Source: Eledone cirrhosa (taxonomy: Eukaryota). Taken from it: a stretch of 64,000 bases of DNA. Where the stretch lies: positions 46,624,001-46,688,000 of the forward strand of contig OZ024753.1 in assembly GCA_964016885.1 (NCBI GenBank), written 5' to 3'. Positions 1 through 15,228 of this stretch are shown here, piece by piece (positions within the stretch are counted from its first letter, which is position 1; every line of letters starts with the position of its first letter). The notes under the pieces are model-generated. The model made no database searches. It was not told the origin of the DNA and saw only the letters and a list, made by a program, of their open reading frames with translations. The position numbers were made by a program, and so were the translations under genes.

Positions 1-202
1 AAAGGATGTAGTGTCTCGACAGCTAACAACTGATGCAGGTAGTTTGTTCCATGGAGGTTTTAAAGGATGCAGTGTCTCGACAGCTAACAACTGATGCAGG
101 TAGTTTGTTCCATGCTTCAGCAACTCTGAGCGTGAAAAAATGTTTCCGAAAGTCATGGGAGCTGTGCTATTTTCTGACTTTGTTGGCATGCCCACGTGTG
201 TT
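1..202 (-). mobile_element. CR1-clade LINE ORF2 C-terminal fragment with an internal ~61-bp tandem duplication
   Basis: Minus strand reads NTRGHANKVRK*HSSHDFRKHFFTLRVAEAWNKLPASVVSCRDTASFK, the TRGH...FF..RV...WN.LP..VV pattern of CR1 ORF2 ends. Positions 1-53 are repeated at 62-114. Confidence 0.8.
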
Positions 203-488
203 ATATATATGCCTTGTTTCCCCTTCAACCCTGACATCAGTCCTAAAGAGATTCCTTACCTTCTATCAATTCTTATTTCGTGTTACTTCTTTTCTAGAGA
301 TATTCTATCTGCTTTGTTCTTGCTTTTATTTTTCTGTTTGACATGGATTTTACACCTAGATGCCCTTTATGTCAACAACAACTTTACTGTGTGTTTTAGA
401 GAGTGACTGTCTCTAGAAACACCATCTGTTGCTTACTGAGGCCTGGTTTTCTCCACTAATTCTGTATTGTGTGTGTGCATGTGTGTGT

Positions 489-527
<39 letters not shown>

Positions 528-804
528 TACAAATGTAGCAAAAAACCAAAACATTCATTTGAAATTTTTGAAGAGGGGAAAACCCTAAAAAAAAAATCTG
601 AGAAAAATTAGAATAATGTAATTAAGGTGGGGAGGAGGACATATGAGAGATGATAGGGGGGAGGGGGAAAGAAGAGCTATTTCAGTCTTTAAAGTATATT
701 ATATGTAAATGTATGTGTAAGCAAAGTTTCTGTTTGCACATACACACTCACACGCATTCATATATACGACATACACACACACATTTATGTGTATATATAT
801 ATAT

Positions 805-915
<111 letters not shown>

Positions 916-983
916 CATAAATATATATACATATATATATATACATATATTTATATGATGTGAAATTGAAGTGAAAGCAACTG

Positions 984-1030
984 GTGCGTGTGTTTCTTAT
1001 TGGCAACATGACCCTCCCAAAGTATAACAA
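984..1030 (+). repeat. Short (TA)n-associated repeat end, family D (copies at 4833-4900, 20279-20333, 51769-51822)
   Basis: Shared motif caa(c/t)atgacc(c/a)tccc, usually followed by aa(g/a)tataacaa, seen four times, mostly abutting (TA)n. Confidence 0.6.
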
Positions 1031-1096
1031 TATATATATATACATATATTTATATATATATATACATATATTTATATATATATATATACATATATT

Positions 1097-1213
<117 letters not shown>

Positions 1214-1361
1214 ACGTTTATGTGTGCATGTATTTTTGTCTATTTTTATATGTATATATATATATAGGCCCATGTATGCATGTGCTTGTGTGTGTATGTG
1301 CATGTGTTTATATATACATTAACTAATGTATATATAGGCCCACGTGTGTATGTGTTTGTGT

Positions 1362-1407
<46 letters not shown>

Positions 1408-1709
1408 TATATATAGATATATATGTAGACATATATAAATATATATATATATATATACACACATGCACGAGACAGCCAGACAGAGAAATCAGTTTAAATA
1501 AATAAATATATAAACAATGAATTTTCTGACTAATTTTTTGAAGAAATAAAACAAAAAGAGAGAAATAGAAAACGGTGGAAAAACTTGGGAGAAAAGAAAA
1601 GAAGAAAAGAGATAAAAAATTGTATGTACAATAATAAAACAACAACAACACCACAACTAGCAACAACAATAACAACAGAAGCAACACCACTAATAACAAC
1701 AACAATAAC

Positions 1710-1754
<45 letters not shown>

Positions 1755-2181
1755 CAATGAATTCCTTATTTTCTTTCTGGAAATATTTTACATATTTTAT
1801 ATTTATTGAAAAATATTTCTTTATCTCTCTCTCTTACCTACTTCCCCACTTCCATTTACCCCACCTCCGTACTACCACCCCACCACGTTATCTCCACGCT
1901 AATCCCACCACATTCCAGCCTCCACCCCTCTTTGCTTCATTATCCTTCATTTGCAGCCTAATTCTCCTTTGATATAGTTTTATAAACTCTACTAATTCCA
2001 CCACCACAGCAATTAAGGTAAGGATGCTACAATGGATTAGAAAATTCCCTTAATGTCATAGTTAAAGGTACCGTTCAGTTCTTTAAAGAGAACACCCACC
2101 ACCATCTCTCTCTATCTTTGTTAGATTTTAGAGGAGTTTTTTTTTCATGATGCAGTTGTGTCTGAATATATACACACACAC

Positions 2182-2252
<71 letters not shown>

Positions 2253-2418
2253 CACAAAATATCTTTATAATAATGTGTATACATGCATACACACACACAC
2301 ATTTGATGTAAAAATATGTATATAAAGTTTTAAATAATATGATGCATATATATAAACACAAATACATCAACATACATGTATATTCAAATGTGTATGTATA
2401 TATATATATATATACATA

Positions 2419-2516
<98 letters not shown>

Positions 2517-2902
2517 TAATCATGCATGTAGGTATAAGCATTTATATATATATATTATATAAGTGTGTATGTGTGTATACAGTATGTAAATCTAGCTCTA
2601 TCAATACCGCAGTCCTGTTACCTGATTTGATTACATGAAATCCTGTGATTATAGTATTTTTTAAAACCATTTTTCCTGGCACAGAGTCTCTGGCTAATGA
2701 GTGAATTATACATACATCTGTGTATTTTAGAGTGTCTATATGTATGTATTTGTGTGTATATATATATGTGTGTGTGTGTGTGTTCCTGTATATATGTACA
2801 TTTATACATGAGTGCCTAACATGTACAGACATTCCTCGCCAGGAAAATGGACATTAAATGTAGATATATATATATATATATATATAAATGTGTGTGTATA
2901 TG

Positions 2903-2973
<71 letters not shown>

Positions 2974-3017
2974 ATATTTACATACACACACACGTGTGTG
3001 TGTGTGCATATACATGA

Positions 3018-3258
3018 GGCTAGAAAGAAACGAATAATGTATGCTCTGCTAGATGTGTAATGGTAGTGTGCATGAGCAACATAGCATGTGCAAACTGAGG
3101 AAAAAACTTGGCATAAAATGTATTGGATGTAGTTGGCAAGAGAAGACTGCATTGATATGGACATGTGATGTGTATGGAAGATAGAAGCTGCATAAAAAAA
3201 AATGCAGAGAAGCCCCAATGGCTGGTACCTGTGGAAGAGGCAGACCCAGTAGACGAAA
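3018..3258 (+). mobile_element. RTE LINE 3' ORF fragment, decayed
   Basis: LERNE..ML..MC and RL.(W)YGHVM.MED.SCIK and GRGRP motifs, homologous to 11245-11480. Confidence 0.7.
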
Positions 3259-3289
3259 ACTGCTATATATCTTTTAAAATGCTGTCTGA

Positions 3290-3990
3290 CATTTTTTTAT
3301 TTTTTAGCATTCTAATGGGTGGTTGTCAGAAACAATTGTTGATAAATGCCTTAAAAGTCTCCATTACTCATTCAAGATGTGTAAAGTGATTTCTGAAAGA
3401 AGTTTAACTTTGGAGAACATTACATGTTATGCTAGAGAATTTCAAGATATTTTGGCAGAAATGCCTGAGAGGAAAATTTATTTTTATTGATGAAGTTCGG
3501 TTCAACATTTACACAAGTTCTAAATATGGTAACACAATAATTGTGCAGTTCCTTTATTACATTCCTGAAATATAAGTGTATGTTGTGCCATGAACAAAAA
3601 TGGGGAAATCTACTATAAAGAGAGAAAGTTGGTTCCTTCAACTCATCAAACTTTTGTGACTTTTTTGACATATTTCTGAATTAGCTCGATGAAAAACACT
3701 TGGAGGATTGAACAATGTTCCTTTCTTTAAGAACAGGGATATTTGTCAGTTAATTACATCAAAATATCATGAATTACACCCCATCGGACCCCAGTTAAAC
3801 CCCATTGAAAACACATTTAGTAAGTTGAAGAATTACATACAGAGATGTGAACCTAGAAATGTTGATGATTGTGATATTTTGATCAGAGCTGACTTTGATT
3901 GCCAAAGACGATTGTGCCAGATTTTTTAGGAACATACGAACATACCAAGAGAGTTTAGAAAGGGTAATGAAGAATAAAAGGTTAAACCTT
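3290..3990 (+). mobile_element. IS630/Tc1-like transposase relic
   Basis: FIFIDEV.FN near 3475-3505 and PQLNPIENTFSKLKNYIQR near 3790-3845 (Tc1 SPxLNPIE motif), with frameshifts and stops. Confidence 0.7.
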
Positions 3991-4363
3991 TATTCACTTT
4001 TGTCTGTCATGTTGTATATAATATAAAGTATGAGGCAGTCAATGTATGTATATTTACATAAGGAGCAACAAAACTTTAAACTATTGACATTCTTTTACAA
4101 CTCTGTGACCAGTAACCAATGATATTAAAGTCTGTTACATCACTGTTTATAATTATTTATCTATTAACCACAGGGCTCACATTAAGAAAACATTAAAGAT
4201 GGCACTAGTTCCATCCAACAGTAATGATGATGAGGAAATTTAAACTGTCTTATCTATCTTTCTACTTTTCTCCTGGATAACTAATGACTGACATGCCTTT
4301 TCTGAGAATATAAAGCATTAAACTAATAACTAAAATATATCATTCTACAGAATATATATATAT

Positions 4364-4499
4364 ATTCTTAGAAAATGTAGAAAATCTTGAATGCTGAAAA
4401 TATCTCCTCTACCCCTATAGATAAATAAAAGTGGCTAGTAGCTGGTACAGAGTTTAAGGGGTAGAGAGTTCACAGTTATTTTCTACGTTTTCTAAGAAT
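4364..4499. repeat. Imperfect fold-back (MITE-like) element
   Basis: attcttagaaaatgtagaaaat pairs with attttctacgttttctaagaat, and ctctacccct pairs with aggggtagag; it directly follows a (TA)n tract. Confidence 0.65.
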
Positions 4500-4527
4500 T
4501 TCAATTCACTTGACTCTTCAATGGTTC

Positions 4528-4581
<54 letters not shown>

Positions 4582-4778
4582 AATACTCATGTACTTTTTC
4601 CCAAATATTATTTCCATTCTTTCCTCTTCTCACACTCTGTCTTTATTTTCATCTTTTATTTCTTATTCTATCTTCTGATGAAAGACTAGTGCCCAAAAGA
4701 TAAAGACTCTTTTCCTACTATATCAAGCATTAAACTCATTATCCTCTGTCATTAGCTCTGTTCTTACCATTTATTTCT

Positions 4779-4836
<58 letters not shown>

Positions 4837-5137
4837 GTGTGTTCTGTAATTATTTCTGGCAATATTATTACAACAATATGACCCTCCCCAAGTATAACAA
4901 TATATAGCTACTTGAATGTGAATTCGTTTTATGAAAAAAAGAGCCTTCGATATGTAAACATAGAGGTAATTTATATATATGTTAGTATATTTTACGTATA
5001 TATTGTAATAATGGAGAATATGTGTCTTTGACAATAATGTCTATGAAACTGATCGTTTCTTGAATGTGCTATTAACATCATATAATTATAGATATATATA
5101 TGTGTGTGTATATATATATATGTATACATATATATGC

Positions 5138-5185
<48 letters not shown>

Positions 5186-5690
5186 GTATGTATATATATA
5201 TATGTATATATATATATATAGCATTGATTGTCCTTGCATAAGGGTGTCCTATCATGTCCTGTCAACCCCAAACCCTATCCCAACAGAAATATCAGTACTA
5301 CTACCCCTCATCATCATGTCACATAAAAACCTATATTGTTTCACAAATTTTAATAAATTGTTTTCTCTCAACACTAACGTACATGTATATATATTTACAT
5401 ATATATACAAATATACATTATATATGTGGCTGTGTATAAACATGTGTTATGTTTGTGTATATGTGAATGTGTGTGATGTGTGTGTGTGAATGTGAATGTG
5501 CTGATACATGTTGTGACAATATTTGAATAAAAATATTCAACAACATTATTATTATTAAATGCAAGCAATACAAATATAAGCATATATATATATAATTATG
5601 TATATGTATAAATATATATATACATATATACACACACTCACGCACACATATATACATACATATATATATGTATGTGCATACATACATACA

Positions 5691-5721
<31 letters not shown>

Positions 5722-6270
5722 TGTCCCACCCTTGCAAACAGGGAAAAGCAGACGTAGAATGATGATGATGATGATGATGATGATATATATATATATATGT
5801 GTGTATGTATATATGTATGTGTGTGCGTATGTGTGCATATACATATATAGTCATGCTGATATACACACACATAAATATACATATACATAAATATATAAAT
5901 TTAAACAAACAAAAAGCACATAACATGCAGTGGGTGTATATATCTGAGACATAAAGTTTATTGTTATCTTATTTCTTCTGAATTCTTCTTCTAGGCATGG
6001 GACAGAACCCACAACCCACAACACCCACTACATGTAGGTAGGTTGTGCACATCTGGTAAGCGTTGTTGGTCTTTGTCAACTAAAACCCCTAAAAAAAATG
6101 CAACCCATTAACTATTCTATATTCTGTAATTGCCTCATATATATTATATATACACTTGGTTTTTGGTTTGGTCAGTCAGTGAGCTTGGGGTCTTGTCGTT
6201 GAATTCTGTTTTTTTTTTTCTTCTTCTTTTCCTTCTCAGTAAAACAGACACACATGCTATATATATACAT

Positions 6271-6320
<50 letters not shown>

Positions 6321-6847
6321 GCATATATATATATATATATATGTACATATACATATATATATATATACACACACAAATATATATATGCATATATATATAT
6401 AATATGTATATGCACATATATATGTGTGTGGGTGTGCCACATGTATATGTGTCATTTATATATGTATGTGTGTGTATTTGTATATGTATATATTTGTGTG
6501 TGTGTACATGTTTTGTGTTTTCTATATATATATATGTATATATATATATGTACATGCAGTTATATATACTATGTATATATATATATATATGTACATGTAG
6601 TTATACATATGTGCACACACACACACGTACAAACATACACACACATATATATAAGTATATGTAAGTATGTGCACACACACACACACACACACATACAAAC
6701 ACATGCAGACACACACATTCACACACACACATATATATATATATATGTTTATATATGTCTATTTATATGTGTATATATATATGTGTTTGTATATATATAT
6801 ATATGTGTATATATATATGTGTGTATATATATATATATGTGTGTGTA

Positions 6848-6897
<50 letters not shown>

Positions 6898-7587
6898 TAT
6901 ATATACACACATACATATCTATACTAATGTATATAAATATATATATATCAAATATATCAATGTACAAAGGAAGTTTATTTTTGGTGTGTGTTTTCTCTGT
7001 GAGTGTTCTTTTCAGTTTATCTACATATACTGGTACGAGATCCTGCTTTTGCCATTAGCTGGAAGCTTTTTCTCGTTCCTTGGCACACAACTTCCACAGC
7101 CTCTCTTTCTTGCTTGTTGCATTTTGTTTTTTTGGTGTTATTTTCTGGTGCCTTGTTCTTGACCATAGCTGCTGGATTCTATTGTTCTTCATGTATTGAC
7201 CTTTTAACATTGTCTTTCTGTCTTTATATCTTTCATTTTCTCTATTTCTTTAGCTATATCTATCTAGCTATCTATCTCTCTCTTTATCAATATATGTATG
7301 CATATACATATACATACATATATATATAAACATATATGTATATGTGTGTGCGTCTACATATATATATGTGTATGTCTTTATCTAGCTACCTCTGTCTATC
7401 AATCTATTTTTCTATCTATCAATCTATCCTATTTAATGTTCTAATAAATGCATTAACCATTTCTATCTAATGAAATGCACATCTGAAGGTCCTCTCCCTT
7501 CCTTGACAGAAACCAAGAAAACCTTGCAAAAGAATGAGACAAAGTCATATCCATGCATTCTGTCTCTCTCTCTCTCTCTCTCTCTCT

Positions 7588-7638
<51 letters not shown>

Positions 7639-7865
7639 AGTGTATTTGTGTGAGTATATATATATATATACTACATTGTAGAATTTTCTCAAATTATGTT
7701 ACTTAAAGTTTCAAATAAACACAAGTAGGGAATATCCACAACATTATAAAGGGGCAAAATAATAGATGTCAGGTTTTATGTAACATTTCAAACCTTTAGC
7801 TACATCTGTTGACAAGATTCTATGGCATAACATAATTTGTAATGTTCAGTGCTATACACACACAC

Positions 7866-7922
<57 letters not shown>

Positions 7923-8677
7923 TATGTATATGTTTATATATATATGCATGTGTGTGTTTGTATATATATATACACATACATACAGAGAGAGCGCGAGAGG
8001 CCAATACTTATATATACACTCAGTCATGGCAGTGTGTTTAAGATGGGTTTTTTTACAAACACATGGTTTTGTGTGATCAAACAGTTAAATACTTTGAGGA
8101 AGCAAGAGTCCTCGCATATAACCTCATTTTGGATTTTGCTAGATAGAAACTGCAGAATCTCACTGTATATATATATATAAATGCATGTTTGCGTTTATCT
8201 TTAGAACAGTTTTTAAAATGTTTCACATTGTGTCGTCTTATGTCATGTAACTTAGTTGTACAACAAACAAAGATTAGTAAAATATCCCTTAAGATGTACT
8301 AGGGTAAAATATGTACTAAGGTCAATATGATTGGTTTAAATTCCTGAAGGTCAATATGAAAAAACACTAGTATAAAACAATATGTGTGTATGTGTGTATG
8401 TAAAAAGACATTTTGTAAAGACCATGTAGGGTTTTGTTTCTTATTTCCAACTACAAGCTTTGCATGAAACTTAAATAGTATTAGTCTCCCTTAAGAATTG
8501 TGTAATGATCTGATCTAACTCTGCCATCAATAGAGTACTTTCTACGTGATGAATGTAGACCAAATCGCAGCACACAGACACACACATTCAGACACACATG
8601 CATACATATATAATGTATATGTTTATATATAATGTATATGGCATGTGTTTTATGCAAATGTCTTAGATATATATATG

Positions 8678-8770
<93 letters not shown>

Positions 8771-10146
8771 TGCCACTAATATAGATCTGATGCCTGTATA
8801 TTTAACACTGCAGAGTTGTATTGTTTGGAAGATTAAAAAAAAAAGAAAAAACTGCAATAAACAACTAACTTTGATATTTTTGATGTTTTTTATCTGTCTT
8901 CTTGCTGGTTCATGGCTTTGTGTGAGTTCTTAGATAACCATTTATATACAGAGAAATCTTTTTTATATATGTGTGTAGATATATGTAAGTATTTGTGTAT
9001 ATGTATATATATATCATGAACATCATGTTTACATGCTTGCATGGGGTGATAATTCCTCTCAATTTATCATATGAGGTTCAGTGTTCTGAGATCAGCTTTT
9101 ACCATTTTTGTCCAGGAATTTTTCAGCAGAACACTATGACAACTTCTAGGTGGAACACCTGCAACTTCTTAACCTAACAAATATCAGCCATTATATTATC
9201 ATTTTCTATCTGGAGGGGAAGTAAATTGTGATTGCCTCCCATGACTAAAACCACAGTGGAGGGAGATGTCTCGGTTAATATAATTTAGTTAATTCTCGTA
9301 GGTATGTATAAACCCATAACTCCTGATGAAGTATTAGGAGTCTTGTTTAACTCATTCCATCTCCAGGTCTGAATCTGAACATAGTCAATTTCTTCCAGAG
9401 AAGGAAGTGAGAAAGATATAGAAGAAGAATCGAACCTAGTACTTGACTGCATACAATGATATATGCACACTCTCTAACTGTTCCATCATCAATGCAGAAG
9501 TGTGCATGAGAGTGTATGTGGCCTACATGTAGATGATGTAGTTCCTCATACATCGGAAGCACCTTCTAGATGTTAAACATATAGATCAAGGAGCACAGGA
9601 TAATGAGGTCTTCATCTGACAAATGCTGCAACTGAGACATTAAACTGACCATAGAAGTGATGGGAAAATGTGGGGAATTTAAGGAATAAAGAAGTTTTAA
9701 TGACTAAATAAACAATAGAACAGAACTACATGGAGCAGATTGGCTTCTGCATACACACACACATATTGGCAGAACTATGGGTCTTCAAGGCACTATCAAT
9801 ACCAACAGATGCAGCTTCAATAACCTAGCAAGAGACTGAGGAAGGCAATATATATAAGGAAAGAGGGTATCAAAAGCACATATATGATTCATCCACAGAT
9901 TCAAGGCCAGACCCTCTGACTATTGAAGATCCATTCATTCATAGACAACTAATCCATGGTGATAGGTTTCAGAATCACATCAGAATAAATAGCTGCCAAC
10001 CTTAAGATCAGTGTTGCATACAGAATCATATGGCCACCAGTAAGGAATCTGTAGGTTAACCTTCAGACATGGGCGCAGTGTTGAAACTATTAACCTCACA
10101 GTTATGCAATAATGTGATATTTATATTATCTCTCTATATATATATA

Positions 10147-11900
10147 ACCACATGTATTGTTAACCAGGTAATACTAGGTGTCATACCAAAGGATTGGTGC
10201 AGTAGCATCATTGTCAACTGCTACAAAGATAAAGGTGATGCACTAGATAGAGGAAACTATAGAGGTATAAAGATGCAATTTGGGTTTGTACCAGGAAAAG
10301 GCACCACTGATGCCCTCTTCTTTCTGAGGCAGTTACAGGCAAAGTACCTAGCTAAAAGTAACCACTCTACCTGGCATTCGTCGATCTCGAGAAAGCCTTT
10401 GACAGAGTTCCCCGTGCTATAATCTGGTGGGCTCTTAGAAAACTAGGAGTAGATGAATAGCTTGCAAAAGCTGTACAAGCCATGTATAGGCAAGCAGTCA
10501 GCATAGTTAGGATTAACAATGACTATAAAGAGGAATTTAGCGTACAGGTCGGTGTCCACCAGGGCTCTGTTCTTAGCCCTCTCCTGTTCATCATAGTCCT
10601 GCAGGCAATAACGGAGGAGTTTAAGACCATGGGAACTCCTGTATGCAGATGACCTCGCACTTATAGCTGAATCTATGGTAGAACTAGAGAAGAAATTCCA
10701 AACTTGGAAGCAGGGACTAGAAAGAAAGGGTCTCAACGTCAACCTGACAAAGACTAGGGTCCTTGTAAGTAGATGAGCAAACAGAACCCAGATCCCCTCA
10801 GGGAAATGGCCTTGCTCAGTATGTAGGACAGGCGCAGGTAGGAACTCCATTCTCTGCCCCAAATGCAAACAATGGGTATACAAGAGATGTAGCAGGATCT
10901 CAGGAAGCTTAACTAAGAATGTAGGCTTCACATGTAGCAGCTGTGATGGGACAGCAAGCAACAAACAGCCACAGGAAACAAGTACCACCAAACTCTGGGA
11001 GGGCTCTGTAGAAACAGTAGACAGCTTCTGCTACCTAGGTGACCGAATTAGCAGTGGAGGTGGGTGTTCGGAAAGTACAATAACTAGGGTAAGAACATGA
11101 TGGAAGAAGTTCAGGGAGCTACAGCTACTGCTAGCTACAAATGGCTTTTCCCTCAAAATGAAAGGCAGACTGTATGATGCGTGTATATGAACAGCAATGT
11201 TACATGGTAGTGAGACCTGGGCGCTGTTTGTGGAAGACTTGCATAGATTAGAAAGAAACGATGCCTGCATGCTCCGGTGGATGTGTAATAGTAATATATG
11301 CGAACGACAAAGCATAAATGAATTGAGAGAGAGACTGAGCATAGGAGGAATCAACTGCTGTGTGCAGAAGAGGTGGTTGCAGTGGTATGGACATGTGATG
11401 CGTATGAAGGATGACAGCTGCATAAAAAGGTGCAGAGCACTAGAAGTCGATGTAAACCGCGGAGTGAGGAGACCCAAGAAGACCTGGGATGAGGTGATAA
11501 AAGCCGACCTTACCCAATTACACCTCTCAAAGGCGATGACACATGACCGTGACCTCTGGTGTCACGCAGTAATACAGAAGACCCGACCCCCCACGGGTAC
11601 AAGCCAAAGCTGAAGCATATAGACAATATGCCTCCACACCCTCCCACTGCAAAGTGGTCGTGGAGGTGCCACGGCAAAAAAGCACCCAGCCCACACTGTA
11701 AAGTGGATGTGTAGGCGCCACGGAAAAAAGCACCCAGCACTCACTGTAAATGAGGTTGGTGTTAGGAAGGGCATCCAACTGTAGAAATCAAGCCAGAATC
11801 AGTTCCCGTATGAGCAAGACAAGGTCAGCCGACCGGACACTGCCCACAACAGGACAACCCGACTAACCCATGCTAGCATGGAAGAACGGACGTAAAATGG

Positions 11901-11935
<35 letters not shown>
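10147..11935 (+). mobile_element. 5'-truncated RTE-clade LINE (RT with PHD-like insert, 3' UTR, (GAT)n tail), non-functional
   Basis: IPKDW..KGDALDRGNYRGIK, QFGFVPGKGTTDA, AFVDLEKAFDRVP, GVHQGSVLSPLLF, LLYADDL (10642), FCYLGD, MLHGSETW, WYGHVMR. In-frame stops at 10774, 11098 and 11188, plus deletions. Ends gctagcatggaagaacggacgtaaaatgg(tga)n and is flanked by (TA)n on both sides. Confidence 0.95.
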
Positions 11936-11997
<62 letters not shown>

Positions 11998-12039
11998 GTA
12001 TATATATATATATATACACAATGCGCTACCATTGACTTT

Positions 12040-12185
12040 CTGCCTACCAATCTTCCACTCAGAGTATATTGGTCAGTTTGAAGATATGGTAGAAAACACT
12101 TGCCCATAGTTTTACCAAACAGCAATAGGATTGAACCCAGAATACACATGATTGAACAGTGACATTCTCTTCTACACATCCATAA
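12040..12185 (-). mobile_element. Old tRNA-derived CORE-type SINE fragment (similar relics at 28305-28455, 35930-35995, 36575-36660)
   Basis: gtagaaaacacttgccca...ggattgaacccag is the reverse complement of a B-box plus a CORE-like tgggcaagtg motif; diverged. Confidence 0.5.
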
Positions 12186-12728
12186 TACTTGTCTGTACCA
12201 TACTAGAAGAAATACTGAAGACTACTATAGTAAATATAGTTTAGTATTACATGTTTCTCTGAATAAGATGTGACTTATTAATTAATATATAATGTCTGTA
12301 TTGAGTTACATATAAACTTCCTTTACTGTGTTTCTATCAAAAACTATGTTTTGGTTGAACTTCATCAAATATGAAACATTAGAATTTTGCCAGTCATCCA
12401 TGGTTAACTTACATAAGACATGATGATGTAACATTCGTGTGTGAAGATTTATAGAATTATTATTTACTATCAAATTGTGTTGACTCAAATGATGACTAAC
12501 AAAGTGAGAGAGAGACTTGATACATATTTGCAAACATATTCACTGGAAACTCCTTCATTCTGATATACTAAACATTCTTTTGTTATTAGAAATAAATCAC
12601 TGACTAAATGACAAAGCTCTCAGCTATTAAAAACAGAAAGGTACACACACACACATACAAGCTGCTGCAATATAGTAAGGAGCTGCCCCATCAAAGAAAG
12701 CTTTGCTAGAAGAGAAGTTGAATACCTA

Positions 12729-12911
12729 TTGGCAGTATTGGGAGAGGGTCGGAGGCCATGCTTTAACACATAGAGTTACGGCCCTTGCCATTCTGAGTTC
12801 AAATCCCGCCAAGGTTAACTTTGCCTTTCATCCTTTTTGGGTTGATAAAATAAAGTACCAGTAATGTACTAGGTAATTGCTGGCCTTGTGCCAAAAGTAG
12901 AAACAATTATT
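12729..12911 (+). mobile_element. SINE family B copy
   Basis: Head ggcagtat..., B-box-like gagttcaaatccc, body ggttaactttgcctttcatcc...gataaaataaagtaccag, tail gctggccttgtgccaaaagtagaaacaattatt. Confidence 0.9.
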
Positions 12912-13659
12912 GATAACATTTTTGTAGACTATAAGTGGATGATTAAAGTCCTTAAGAATGTGCCTAAACTTTTCACTGAGAAAGGGTCAGTGTGTGTGTA
13001 CATAGGTCTAAGTTTATGTTTAGGAAATTAACACTGGTGATGTTGGTAGATAAGGTAATATATATATATATAGATGTATATTTTATAGGAACATGTAATA
13101 AACACTAAATATTCACTGAATGAACAACTCAGAAATTGTAGAGTCAAAATAGAATGTGTTGTTAATAGCAACTGTTTACTTGAAAGATTCATCAATATTA
13201 CCAAAACAGACTGTTTTAGGTGGCTGATAATATCAGCAAAATTTCTAATGAAACAGTCGCTATTAATAACAAATATTATATATATCATCATCATCATCGT
13301 TTTAACGTCCACTTTCTCTGCTAGCAAGGGTGTATATATATGTGTGTGTGTGTGTGTAATGAGAAAAAGTATGAAATCAGAATGTAATTTTTTTTGTAAA
13401 AATGACACAGCAAGAGGTGAGAAAATGGCATTAAAATTTTAAAATTTCTAAAAAAATTTGTTGATTCAAATTCGAAATAAAATAATATGATAAAAATGTG
13501 AAAACAATATTTACGCAAATGAAATCCACTTAAATATAGAAAAATTGAAAGATGAAAAACAATATTGAAAGAAATTAACACAAAATATTAACATATATAT
13601 ATATATCATCATCATCATCATCGTCATATGTCCATTTACCATGCTATCAAGGTTTGGAC

Positions 13660-14145
<486 letters not shown>

Positions 14146-14289
14146 TTATATGGATGTCTGTGTATTGGTATATGTCTTATGCTGTTGTGGTTATTGGAAA
14201 TTTTTTGCACACCTCTATTTTCCAAATTACCACAAATAATCATAATAATTCTTTCTAGTATTGACATAAGGGACTAACATTTTTCAGGG

Positions 14290-14446
14290 AAAGTCAATTA
14301 TCCTTGACTGGTATTGTATTTTACCAACCCCAGAAGAATGGAAGACAAAGTTGTCTTTGCTGGGATTTGAACTCAGAACATAAACAGCTGGAACAAATAC
14401 TGTACATCACTTTCATTTTGTCTGATGCTCTAATGATTCTGCCAAA
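14290..14446 (-). mobile_element. Diverged SINE family B relative (another at 34715-34848)
   Basis: ctggtattgtattttaccaaccccagaagaatggaagacaaagttg...gggatttgaactcagaac...gattctgccaa. Confidence 0.7.
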
Positions 14447-14576
14447 CCTTCACTCTTATCTATAAACACACACACACACTTATATATATATATATAAATT
14501 GGGGCGCAGAACCCAAGGAAACTCAAGTATCTGTTTATGTCACTGTTGTAATTATTTATATATATATAAATATATA

Positions 14577-15228
14577 TCATCATCATCATCGTTTAACGTC
14601 CATCTTCCACGCTAGCATGGGTTTGGACGGGAGTTTTCCCACTTGAGGCAAGAGTGGTTGTCTTGCTCGTATAGGACTGTCTGGCGGGTTTTATACGACT
14701 GGGTGTCCTTCCTAACACCAACCACATTTACAGTGTGGGGCTGGGAGGTGTTTACCGTGTTACCTACACGGCCACATTACAGCGTGGACTGTGTGTTTTT
14801 TTGTTGTGACACCTACACAACCTCATTTGTTTCAGACTGGATGTTGTGGTACCAACATAACTTTACATTGAAAGGGGTGGTGTGGATGGGGTGGGGGTGG
14901 TGGGACGGGGGTGTATTTTTGTTTGAGGTGCTTACTGACTGTAGGTTTCGCTTTGTACTTAGGCAAAGCGGGTCTTGCGGGTCTTCTGTATTACTGTGTA
15001 GCGCCAAAGATCTCGGTCCAGTGACATTGTCTTGGAGAGGTGTAAGTGTGTGAGGTCGGAATTTATCAAGTCATCCCAGGTTTTTCTGGGTCTGCCTACT
15101 CCGTGGCTACCGTCTATTTTTATCGCCCTGCACTTTGTTATACAGCTGTCGTCTTTCATGCGCATCACGTGACCGTACCAACGTAGTCTTCTCTCGAGTA
15201 AACAACATCTGATCCCTCTTATTCCTAA
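14577..15228 (-). mobile_element. RTE LINE 3' fragment (ORF end, 3' UTR, tail), subfamily related to 10147-11935
   Basis: RRLRWYGHVMRMKDDSCITKCRAIKIDGSHGVGRPRKTWDD; tail ccatgctagcgtggaagatggacgttaaac(gat)n on the minus strand. Confidence 0.9.

Noticed and set aside
9190-10060. Coding-looking stretches here and at 17330-17960, 28900-29200 and 40390-40720
   Set aside because: Short or interrupted frames with no motif I can assign with confidence; probably old transposon debris.
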